44,950 nucleotides of DNA, taken from positions 1-44,950 of the IMG/VR virus record IMGVR_UViG_3300020388_000025, one strand, 5' to 3'. This DNA comes from a virus. Lineage: Duplodnaviria > Caudoviricetes. Under the pieces are notes generated by a model, which made no database searches, was not told the DNA's origin, and saw only the letters and a list, made by a program, of their open reading frames with translations. The translations under genes and the position numbers were made by a program. The stretch's first letter is position 1. Each line of letters begins with the position of its first letter. Of the stretch, positions 18,536 to 26,374 are shown in pieces.

Positions 18536-19734
18536 TGGCAGTTCCAAGTTCAGGAGCAATTACTCTCGGTAAAATCTATCAAGAAATAGATGGTTCTGGA
18601 TATTCAAATGCTGTTGATCCTGGTGAAGAAGCAAGCTTGGAAGATATGAGCTCAAATGATACTCCAGATTCTTTAAATAGTAATAGTACAAACAGGCCAA
18701 ACGAAACCGCACCTCATTCAATGAGTGAGTTTCATGGTTATGACCAGAGTGCAGTACCACCATTTTCTTGGGGCACTATGCCAACAGTACCTCAAAGTTG
18801 GGGTAATATAAGTCATACAAATGCATTTACAGCATTAGCATTAGCTGGCCTTGGCTTTGCATTTCAGCCAGCAGATAATAGAGTAAGAATACGATATGGA
18901 AATGGAACAGGGTCAAGTATGTTATCATATTCCTATGTTAATCTTCCATATACAGGAAATGATCCTGCATCATGCGAATTTAGTATAGCATATAATGGAT
19001 TTATAACGGGTAGTACTACATCTAACTCACTCTTTGGTGGCCACCTCGCGCTTGCATATCATTCAATGGCTACACAATCATCTTCAAGTGATAGTGGTAG
19101 TTTTACTTCAGCTAACACATTTATACAAAAAACATCTGGTAGTGGATCAGCAGCTTTTAATGCTCTTGGAGCGAATAGCCCACAATGGACAATCAGAGCA
19201 AAAAATTCTAGTGGTACTGTAATTGGAACAAGTAGTACATCTGCTCAAAATAGTATGTCTCTTACAATTACAAGAGGTAACCAAGGTGGCGGTGAATTCT
19301 TCTGTATACATGTAGATATGTTAGTCGATACAGCAGACGGACCAATGTCTATTATAGATGTATTTGAAAAAGACCCTAAGGTTTGGTCTTATAACTGGGA
19401 CAAAAAGCAAAAAGAATTAGTAGATCAAGAAAAAAATATACAAGTTATGCATAAAAATTTATATATTATTAATAATGACTTTAAACTTACAGAAGATCAC
19501 ATTATGTATGGAGAAGATGGAGAAAGTTATTCTATTAATCCAGAGAATGCATTGAAAAAATATGGTAATCATTCGCAAGAATTAAAGGTTGGTAATAAAT
19601 TAAGAACTTTAAGCGGTGATAAATATATAGTGAATGATATTAAAAAATTAGAAGGTGAACATATGACATATACAATTAGTAATAGAAACAAAAACTTTTA
19701 TGCAAATAATATCTTAGTGGATTCAGAAGTATAA
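18535..19734 (+). CDS. Fibre/adhesin-like protein with C-terminal Hint domain
   Basis: Start revised to MAVPSSGAIT (TAATG coupling). PHSMSEFHGYDQ motif. Hint domain from C-IHVDMLV (19303) with TEDH and NFYANNILV. Confidence 0.75.
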   Translation: MAVPSSGAITLGKIYQEIDGSGYSNAVDPGEEASLEDMSSNDTPDSLNSNSTNRPNETAPHSMSEFHGYDQSAVPPFSWGTMPTVPQSWGNISHTNAFTALALAGLGFAFQPADNRVRIRYGNGTGSSMLSYSYVNLPYTGNDPASCEFSIAYNGFITGSTTSNSLFGGHLALAYHSMATQSSSSDSGSFTSANTFIQKTSGSGSAAFNALGANSPQWTIRAKNSSGTVIGTSSTSAQNSMSLTITRGNQGGGEFFCIHVDMLVDTADGPMSIIDVFEKDPKVWSYNWDKKQKELVDQEKNIQVMHKNLYIINNDFKLTEDHIMYGEDGESYSINPENALKKYGNHSQELKVGNKLRTLSGDKYIVNDIKKLEGEHMTYTISNRNKNFYANNILVDSEV

Positions 19735-19883
19735 TGGCTGATTATAAACAATACGCAGTAACAAAAACAAAAGATGGCGTTACAAAAACAATATACACTA
19801 TGGGTGAAGAATTTCCAGCTGGATCGGCTGAAGAAATTGCTGAACAAGCAAAAATAGATCAAATGATAGAGGAACAATTATGA
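19734..19883 (+). CDS. 49-aa hypothetical protein, not in the ORF track
   Basis: TAATG and ATGA overlaps at its ends. Confidence 0.65.
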   Translation: MADYKQYAVTKTKDGVTKTIYTMGEEFPAGSAEEIAEQAKIDQMIEEQL

Positions 19884-20320
19884 ATATAGAACAATTAAAA
19901 GAAACATTGAAAATTGATGAAGGAGTAGTTTATGAAATATATAATGACCACCTTGGTTATCCTACATTCGGTATTGGCCATCTCGTTCTGGAAGGAGAAC
20001 CAGAACATGGGGTATCGGTTGGCACTGCTGTCACAGAGGAACGTGTTGATGCATGTTTTGAAAAGGACGTAGAATATGTATTAAACGATTGCAAGATACT
20101 ACACGAGGACTTTGATAGTTATCCAGAAGAAGTTAAACAAATTATAGCTAATATGATGTTTAATATGGGAAGAACAAGATTAAGTAAATTTAGAAAACAT
20201 AACGCAGCATTACAAGAACATGATTGGAAAACTGCTGCAATTGAAGGGCGAGATTCAAGATGGTACAAACAAGTAACAAACAGAGCCGAGAGGCTGATGT
20301 CGAGATTAGAGGAAGTGTAA
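19880..20320 (+). CDS. T4-type lysozyme (GH24 endolysin)
   Basis: DEG...YNDHLGYPTFGIGHL, NMMFNMG, SRWYKQVTNRAERL. Confidence 0.93.
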   Translation: MNIEQLKETLKIDEGVVYEIYNDHLGYPTFGIGHLVLEGEPEHGVSVGTAVTEERVDACFEKDVEYVLNDCKILHEDFDSYPEEVKQIIANMMFNMGRTRLSKFRKHNAALQEHDWKTAAIEGRDSRWYKQVTNRAERLMSRLEEV

Positions 20321-20428
20321 AGTATTATCATAGCACTGAAAATCAACCACACAAAGGTTGGTATTGGTGTTCTGATAAGAAAGCTTTCTTTAGGTATACT
20401 GATTGGTTAAAACCAATGAGTGATTTTA

Positions 20429-20436
20429 TATAAATA
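20429..20436 (+). promoter_or_regulatory. T4-type late promoter
   Basis: TATAAATA followed by GGAGG and an ATG at 20453. Confidence 0.75.
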
Positions 20437-20452
20437 TAATGGAGGATATATT

Positions 20453-20677
20453 ATGTTTACATGGTTAAAAAATATGTTAGGAATGGGTGAAGCGTCTGGT
20501 GTAAGAGCTAGAAATGCTAAGGGACATTATGTCGCTGATGATAAATCTACACCTAACGTAAACGAAGCCTATGTTGATGGTAAGAAACCAAAACGTAAAA
20601 CGAAGCCTGCCGCTAAGAAGCCAGTTGCTAAGAAAGCACCAGCTAAAAAAGGCAGACCAAGAAAAAATAGGAAATAA
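20453..20677 (+). CDS. Small Lys/Ala/Pro-rich histone-like protein
   Basis: RARNAKGHYVADDKSTPNVNEAY plus PAAKK repeats; start revised using the RBS. Confidence 0.7.
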   Translation: MFTWLKNMLGMGEASGVRARNAKGHYVADDKSTPNVNEAYVDGKKPKRKTKPAAKKPVAKKAPAKKGRPRKNRK

Positions 20678-20679
20678 AA

Positions 20680-20943
20680 ATGGCAAGTACAGTTAAATTA
20701 CTCGGTTCAGAAGTAGCCGTAAGTAATACAGCATCAAATGTTGGTAATGCTAAATTAGTAAGAGTATATAATGGTCACGCAAGTGATCAGTTAGTTACAA
20801 TCAAAAGTGGTTCTGATGTAGTCGGAACAGTCACTTTAGTAACTAAAGAAGTTGTATATCTTATGAAGTTAAGCCAAGAGACAGTTGAAGTCGGTGCAGG
20901 TGTATCGGGCGTCAAGGCAGTGTCAGTTGCATATAGCAGCTAA
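20680..20943 (+). CDS. Small beta-rich probable virion protein
   Basis: Val/Ser/Ala-rich; lies in a late operon. Confidence 0.6.
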   Translation: MASTVKLLGSEVAVSNTASNVGNAKLVRVYNGHASDQLVTIKSGSDVVGTVTLVTKEVVYLMKLSQETVEVGAGVSGVKAVSVAYSS

Positions 20944-21387
20944 ATGGCTTATAGCAAGGAAGTAACCGAAAGATTTTATGGGGTCTTAGATAACCCTAGT
21001 GAATTTTCTGTAGGAAGATTCGACCCCAAAGCTTCTAACGTTGCAACCGGAATGACGGGAGCTCCAGCATGTGGAGACGTCATGAAACTTCAACTAAAAC
21101 TAGATCCAATGGACGATGATAGAATAGTTGATGTTAAATTTAAAACTTATGGATGTGGTAGTGCTATAGCATCTTCTACTATGTTTGTTGAAATGTTAAC
21201 AGGCAAAACAATAGAAGAAGCTAAGCTGATTAAAGATAGAGATATTGCAGAAGCTTTGCAATTACCACCCATTAAGCTTCATTGTTCTGTATTAGCTGAA
21301 GATAGTATCAAAAAGGCTATAGAGGACTGGGAAGAGAAAACTCAATACAGAAAACACAATCAACTATATCCTGAAAATGGAATGTAG
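20944..21387 (+). CDS. iscU: Fe-S cluster scaffold protein IscU
   Basis: GAPACGDVMKLQ, FKTYGCGSAIASS, LPPIKLHCSVLAED. Confidence 0.96.
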   Translation: MAYSKEVTERFYGVLDNPSEFSVGRFDPKASNVATGMTGAPACGDVMKLQLKLDPMDDDRIVDVKFKTYGCGSAIASSTMFVEMLTGKTIEEAKLIKDRDIAEALQLPPIKLHCSVLAEDSIKKAIEDWEEKTQYRKHNQLYPENGM

Positions 21388-21389
21388 TA

Positions 21390-21758
21390 ATGATAGAACT
21401 TACAGATGAAGCGATTAAAAAACTTCTTCAAAAGAAAACCAAAGAACAATTTAGTTATATACGGCTTGGGATTACAGGCGGAGGTTGCGCTGGTTTTGAG
21501 TATGTTTTTGATGCTGTTAATGTTAAGTCTGATTCCGATGTTCTCTTAGACTTCGGTAAATTAAAATTTATAGTCGATAAAGTTTCCATACCTTATCTTA
21601 ATGGTATGACTTTAGACTTTCAAAAGCAAGGATTGAACGAAATCTTTGTATTCCAAAACCCAAAAGAAACTTCATCATGTGGATGTGGTGTATCTATTAA
21701 CTTTGATCTTAATAAAGTAGAAGAAGATTCTTCTAAAATATTTGCAATAGAAGTTTAA
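21390..21758 (+). CDS. iscA: A-type Fe-S carrier (IscA/HesB family)
   Basis: GGGCAGFEY, NPKETSSCGCGVS. Confidence 0.92.
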   Translation: MIELTDEAIKKLLQKKTKEQFSYIRLGITGGGCAGFEYVFDAVNVKSDSDVLLDFGKLKFIVDKVSIPYLNGMTLDFQKQGLNEIFVFQNPKETSSCGCGVSINFDLNKVEEDSSKIFAIEV

Positions 21759-21763
21759 TTTAT

Positions 21764-21771
21764 TATAAATA
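21764..21771 (+). promoter_or_regulatory. T4-type late promoter heading the curli-like operon
   Basis: Intergenic TATAAATA, 9 nt before the ATG. Confidence 0.78.
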
Positions 21772-21780
21772 GATTATATT

Positions 21781-22077
21781 ATGGAAGAAGTATTTCAATT
21801 AATAAGCGATGTGGGTTTGCCAATAGCGGGAGCTTTGGTGATGGGCATCTTTATATTCATCATTATTAAACAAATAATGGAGGGTGTAGTAGATGATATC
21901 AAAACCTTAACTATGTTCTGTGAATCATTAGAAAATCGAGCAAGAACAATGAGCAATGAAATGATTAAAATTGATATGCTTGTAAGTAGTGCATTAGAGC
22001 TAAGACCTGATATCGATAGAGTAGCAAGAGCTGAAAATTTTATCGAAGATGGTAAGCTTGATGTGAGGCGAGATTAA
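21781..22077 (+). CDS. Single-TM coiled-coil membrane protein
   Basis: LISDVGLPIAGALVMGIFIFIII then heptads. Confidence 0.75.
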   Translation: MEEVFQLISDVGLPIAGALVMGIFIFIIIKQIMEGVVDDIKTLTMFCESLENRARTMSNEMIKIDMLVSSALELRPDIDRVARAENFIEDGKLDVRRD

Positions 22078-22367
22078 TGGAACCAATCGAAGAGTTAAGT
22101 TCAATAGGAACTATTATACAAGACTACGGATTTCCAGCTGTTATGGTTGTAGGTCTAGGGTATTTTGTTTATTTTGTATGGAAGTTTATCAGTGATGAAA
22201 TTGAACCTGCGACTGAAAAGATGCATTTCCAATTAATTAAGGTCATAGACCAAATGAGAATGTTGGACCAAGATTTGATTAGACTCCAACAAAAAGTAAA
22301 TGTAGTTTTAGAATATAAAGAGAATGAAAAGAAGAAGAAGAATAACTCAGGAGGAGATAATGGATAG
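22077..22367 (+). CDS. Single-TM coiled-coil membrane protein, paralog-like to the previous gene
   Basis: IIQDYGFPAVMVVGLGYFVYFVW...LDQDLIRLQQKVN. Confidence 0.75.
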   Translation: MEPIEELSSIGTIIQDYGFPAVMVVGLGYFVYFVWKFISDEIEPATEKMHFQLIKVIDQMRMLDQDLIRLQQKVNVVLEYKENEKKKKNNSGGDNG

Positions 22368-22860
22368 AGTAGAGATCACGGTGCTTAGTGGTATTTTTCT
22401 AATATCTGTATTGGCAATCAGTAATCCAATGCAAGCTGATGAAGTGTTTAAATTTAAAAACCCATCGTTTAGTGGATCCGGAACAGGAGCTCACTATCTA
22501 ACAATAGAAAACCAAGAGCATAGTAGAAAGAAAGCAATTAAAGATGCTATGGAAGCTGCACGTAAAGCAGCAGAAAGAGCAGAAGATAATACTACGATGG
22601 CAAAGTTTATAAGAAACCTAGAGAGTAGAATATATGCTCAGTTATCAAAACAATTAGTTGAATCAATGTTTAGTAATGATAACTCTGTAAGGTTTGGCTC
22701 TTTTGTATTAGAAGGTAATACTGTTACATATGAAGTTATTACAAATGAGGATGGTACAGAATATATACAAATGACTATTGTTGCAGAAGATGGAACAACT
22801 ACTGTTATTGAAATTCCAATTGGATCAGGCAACTTTGGTCAAGACCCGGACGTTGGCTGA
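22360..22860 (+). CDS. csgF: Curli assembly protein CsgF-like
   Basis: Signal peptide, FKFKNPSFSG, FIRNLESRIYAQLSKQL, GTTTVIEIP. Start revised to 22360 (GGAGG RBS). Confidence 0.85.
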   Translation: MDRVEITVLSGIFLISVLAISNPMQADEVFKFKNPSFSGSGTGAHYLTIENQEHSRKKAIKDAMEAARKAAERAEDNTTMAKFIRNLESRIYAQLSKQLVESMFSNDNSVRFGSFVLEGNTVTYEVITNEDGTEYIQMTIVAEDGTTTVIEIPIGSGNFGQDPDVG

Positions 22861-23828
22861 TGGAAGGAGTATTAGCATTATTATTAATACTAGGATTACT
22901 GAACGAATCAGAAACTCCTGTATGGTCAGAAACTCCACAAGAGTGTAAAGAAATAGAATACGAAGAAGTAGTAGATGCATTAACAGCATCAAAAAATTCT
23001 GTTAAGTATATACTAGAGAATACACAAAGAAAACATCATATATGTGTCGAAGAACCAGAAGCTATTAGATTACCATCATATATTGATTTATTAAACTTAC
23101 CAGCTGCTGATGAAATGCCTGTCGTAGCAGTATATGGTTTCTTAGATAAAACAGGTCAAAGAAAAGAGAGAGATGGTATAGCAGATTTCTCTACAGCCAC
23201 AACTCAAGGTGGTACAGAATTATTAATTGATGCTCTAAAAACAGCTGCCGATGGTAAATGGTTTAGAGTTGTAGAAAGACAAGGCATTGATAATCTAGTA
23301 CGAGAAAGACAGATTATACGAAGTGCAAGAATTGAATTTGCGGGCGACGGTGGTCCGCAACCATTAAATCCACTCCTATTTGCAGGAATGATAATAGAAG
23401 GTGGAATTATTGGCTACGATACTAATATAAAAACTGGTGGTCGGGGCGCACGACTATTAGGTATTGGTAAAAGTAAACAATATTCGCAAGATGTTGTTAC
23501 CGTATCTGTCAGAGCTGTTTCAGTTCTAACAGGTGAAGTATTATTGAATGTCCAAGCTAAGAAAACTATTCTTGGTTACGGTGGAAGTGGTGATATTTTT
23601 CGATTCGTCGATCAAAGTACCACTCTTGTAGAGTATGAGGACGGTGTGGGTAATAATGAGTCAGTGACATATGCAACACGAACAGCTATTGAAGCCGCCG
23701 TGTTGGAACTAGTATACCAGGGTCACGATAGAGGATTCTGGGTAATTAAAGATGGGCATCGCCATCCACATCTCATAGGTGGGGTTAACGATAAACATCA
23801 ATTAGAAGAGGTAAACGAAAATGAATAA
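22860..23828 (+). CDS. csgG: Curli secretion channel CsgG-like
   Basis: VAVYGFLDKTGQRK, FSTATTQG, WFRVVERQGIDNLVRERQIIR, IIEGGIIGYDTN. Confidence 0.93.
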   Translation: MEGVLALLLILGLLNESETPVWSETPQECKEIEYEEVVDALTASKNSVKYILENTQRKHHICVEEPEAIRLPSYIDLLNLPAADEMPVVAVYGFLDKTGQRKERDGIADFSTATTQGGTELLIDALKTAADGKWFRVVERQGIDNLVRERQIIRSARIEFAGDGGPQPLNPLLFAGMIIEGGIIGYDTNIKTGGRGARLLGIGKSKQYSQDVVTVSVRAVSVLTGEVLLNVQAKKTILGYGGSGDIFRFVDQSTTLVEYEDGVGNNESVTYATRTAIEAAVLELVYQGHDRGFWVIKDGHRHPHLIGGVNDKHQLEEVNENE

Positions 23829-24558
23829 ACTTTTAAGTATAGCGATGCTATTGTCGACATCCTTTGTTTTCGCTGCAGCCACTGATGATAACGAAATAAA
23901 AATCACACAAACTGGTGATACACTTAAATTATATGTAGATCAAATCGGTTTTGGAAACAAAATTGGTGGAAACGACTTTTCAAGTGGATCAGGAACTGTA
24001 ATGTTAATTACAGGTACAACACTAGAGTTTGATTTGGATTTCGCTGGTAACCAAAACGTTTTATTTGGACCTGTTACAGCTGATAGCTCAACCTATAAGC
24101 TTGATTTTACAGGTGATTCAAATGAAATAGATTGGAGTGTCGGAGCTTCAGGCAGTGCAGATGATACAGATATAAACTTTGACGTTACAGGTGATTCAAA
24201 CACTTTTGATATCGATCAAGGTTCTGCAGCAAGTGCAGAAAGATTAAATGCAGATTTAATCTTAATTGGTAGTTCAAATGTCTTTGATATCGACTGGGAA
24301 TCAGACGATAACATTTGGGATTTTGAAATTACTGGTGATAGTAACAATATTAATACGTTGCAAAACGACGGCGAACAAAACCTAGAATTCACTTTAACAG
24401 GTGATTCAGCAGATGTTGATATAAATCAAATATCTGGTACTTGTGCTACAGGTGCAAGTAATGCATGTTCTTCACCGAATGCAAATATTGTTTTAACTGT
24501 TACATCAGACAATGCGATTATTCAACTTAATCAAAAAGACGCAGCTAACGACAGCTAG
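23821..24558 (+). CDS. Secreted curlin-like beta-repeat protein
   Basis: Signal peptide; repeated (F/V/I)TGDSN and QxGxxN strand-turn units; very acidic. Confidence 0.7.
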   Translation: MNKLLSIAMLLSTSFVFAAATDDNEIKITQTGDTLKLYVDQIGFGNKIGGNDFSSGSGTVMLITGTTLEFDLDFAGNQNVLFGPVTADSSTYKLDFTGDSNEIDWSVGASGSADDTDINFDVTGDSNTFDIDQGSAASAERLNADLILIGSSNVFDIDWESDDNIWDFEITGDSNNINTLQNDGEQNLEFTLTGDSADVDINQISGTCATGASNACSSPNANIVLTVTSDNAIIQLNQKDAANDS

Positions 24559-25618
24559 TCTTTTACTCATCAGTGGGTTCGGTTATGCTGAACCCATTGG
24601 CGATATACGAGAATCCATTGGTTATGGTGGAATTACAAGAGATAAAGAAAACTATAGCCATGATGTCGGATTTGAAATTCAATTAAACGATACAGCTGAA
24701 ACTGCAAATGGCAGAATGCTAATTGAATTTTTAGATCAAGCAGAACTCCAACTCAAAGAACATTCAAGAGTCTTAATAGATACAGTCTATTATGACCCAG
24801 ACCCTAGCCTATCAAAAATGACTATGAGAATGGTCAGTGGTACAGCAAGATTTGCATCAGGTAAAAAGGGTTTAATTAATAAATCAAACATAGAAATATC
24901 AACACCAACCGCTACAATTGCTGTAAGGGGCACGGACTTCACCACAACAATAGATGAAATAGGACGAAGCCTTGTTATTTTATTACCCGACGATCAAGGT
25001 AAACCATCAGGTATTATTGAAGTATCAAACTCAGGTGGAACAGTAATATTAGATGAAGCATATGCAGCAACAATGATTGCATCATACGATAAATCACCAA
25101 CATCATCTACAGTTATAAATGGTATTACACCAGCTTTAATTGATAACATGTTTATTGTCAATCCACCAGCAGAAGTAAAACAACAGATAGAAGAAGAATT
25201 AGCAGACGAACAAAACGAAGATCAAGGTTTATTAGATATCGACTTTTTAGAATTTAATGAACTAGAAGAAGATGAATTAGCTGAAGATGAACTTGACGAT
25301 TTTAATGAATTAGATATTGATGAACTTGATGTTGAGTTTCTTATAGATGTTTTAGATATAGTTGACTCAGGCGACTTATTTGATACACTTGGTGAGTTTG
25401 ATCTTAAAGGTGCAAGAAGAGGTTTAAACGATGAATCACAATATAATGTTTTTCTAAGAGATGGAGATTTAGTTCTATACCGTAATGTAAACGGACTTAT
25501 AGAAATAACAATCGGAGCTGCTGGAAGTTTTACATTAGAAACAGATACACCAACTTGGCAAGGTTTAATTATAGGAAATGATGGCGATGACATAGACATT
25601 CGCATAAAACAATTATAA
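24512..25618 (+). CDS. FecR-domain exported protein with acidic linker
   Basis: Signal peptide; ETANGRMLIEFLD...ISTPTATIAVRGTDF...IEVSNSGG; D/E-rich repeats. Confidence 0.85.
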   Translation: MRLFNLIKKTQLTTASLLLISGFGYAEPIGDIRESIGYGGITRDKENYSHDVGFEIQLNDTAETANGRMLIEFLDQAELQLKEHSRVLIDTVYYDPDPSLSKMTMRMVSGTARFASGKKGLINKSNIEISTPTATIAVRGTDFTTTIDEIGRSLVILLPDDQGKPSGIIEVSNSGGTVILDEAYAATMIASYDKSPTSSTVINGITPALIDNMFIVNPPAEVKQQIEEELADEQNEDQGLLDIDFLEFNELEEDELAEDELDDFNELDIDELDVEFLIDVLDIVDSGDLFDTLGEFDLKGARRGLNDESQYNVFLRDGDLVLYRNVNGLIEITIGAAGSFTLETDTPTWQGLIIGNDGDDIDIRIKQL

Positions 25619-25621
25619 ATA
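25614..25621 (+). promoter_or_regulatory. T4-type late promoter
   Basis: TATAAATA overlapping the FecR stop codon, 5 nt before the next ATG. Confidence 0.7.
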
Positions 25622-25626
25622 AAGAT

Positions 25627-26295
25627 ATGAAAAAAATAATAATTATGTTAATGGTAATAGGAGTTTGTTTACTTGCCTTTGCTGCAAGTGCAGGTCCAAC
25701 AGACGATAATCATATTCATGTAGAACAAGTTGAAGGTGGAGATGATTTAAATTTAAACATAACACAAATAGGTTATGGTAATAATGTTAACTTTTCTTTT
25801 GCTCACGCAAGTAACACATTTGATTTAACACAAAATGGTACAGGTAATTCTATATCGTGGGTATCATATTGGGGTTCAGGTAAAAGCTGGGGCGGTGATG
25901 TTGACGGCACAGGCAATGACGAAACAGTATTACAATATGATGGTGCAACTTATGGTAGACATATATTAGGAAACAATAATACAGTAAATGTTTATCAACA
26001 TGGCTCACATACATTTAATTTAGATATACATGCTGATGATGTAGATATTGAATCATGGCAAGAAGGCGGAGGTTCTCATTATTCTCATGCATATTTTTAT
26101 GGTACAGCTGATGGCTCAACAGTTGATCTCATGCAGAAAGGAAGTGCAAATCATAACTCTCAAATAAGATTACAAGGTACAGAACCTACAACATTAAATC
26201 TATTACAACAAGGTAGTACGAATATGAGTTATTCTATTACGAATAATTGTTTTACTGTCGGTGGTTGTACAGTCAATGTCTCACAAGGCAATTAA
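25627..26295 (+). CDS. Second secreted curlin-like protein
   Basis: Signal peptide; ITQIGYGNN, LTQNGTGNS, VYQHG, LMQKG, LLQQG repeats; terminal Cys pair as in 23821. Confidence 0.75.
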   Translation: MKKIIIMLMVIGVCLLAFAASAGPTDDNHIHVEQVEGGDDLNLNITQIGYGNNVNFSFAHASNTFDLTQNGTGNSISWVSYWGSGKSWGGDVDGTGNDETVLQYDGATYGRHILGNNNTVNVYQHGSHTFNLDIHADDVDIESWQEGGGSHYSHAYFYGTADGSTVDLMQKGSANHNSQIRLQGTEPTTLNLLQQGSTNMSYSITNNCFTVGGCTVNVSQGN

Positions 26296-26374
26296 TGAAT
26301 AATTATAGTAGATTTATTCGATATCGTTATGGCTATCCAAGAAGATTTACAGGATTAATTATTGACATATACGT

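Noticed and set aside
19303-19734. True self-splicing intein
   Set aside because: No terminal His-Asn, no real C-extein and no endonuclease domain.
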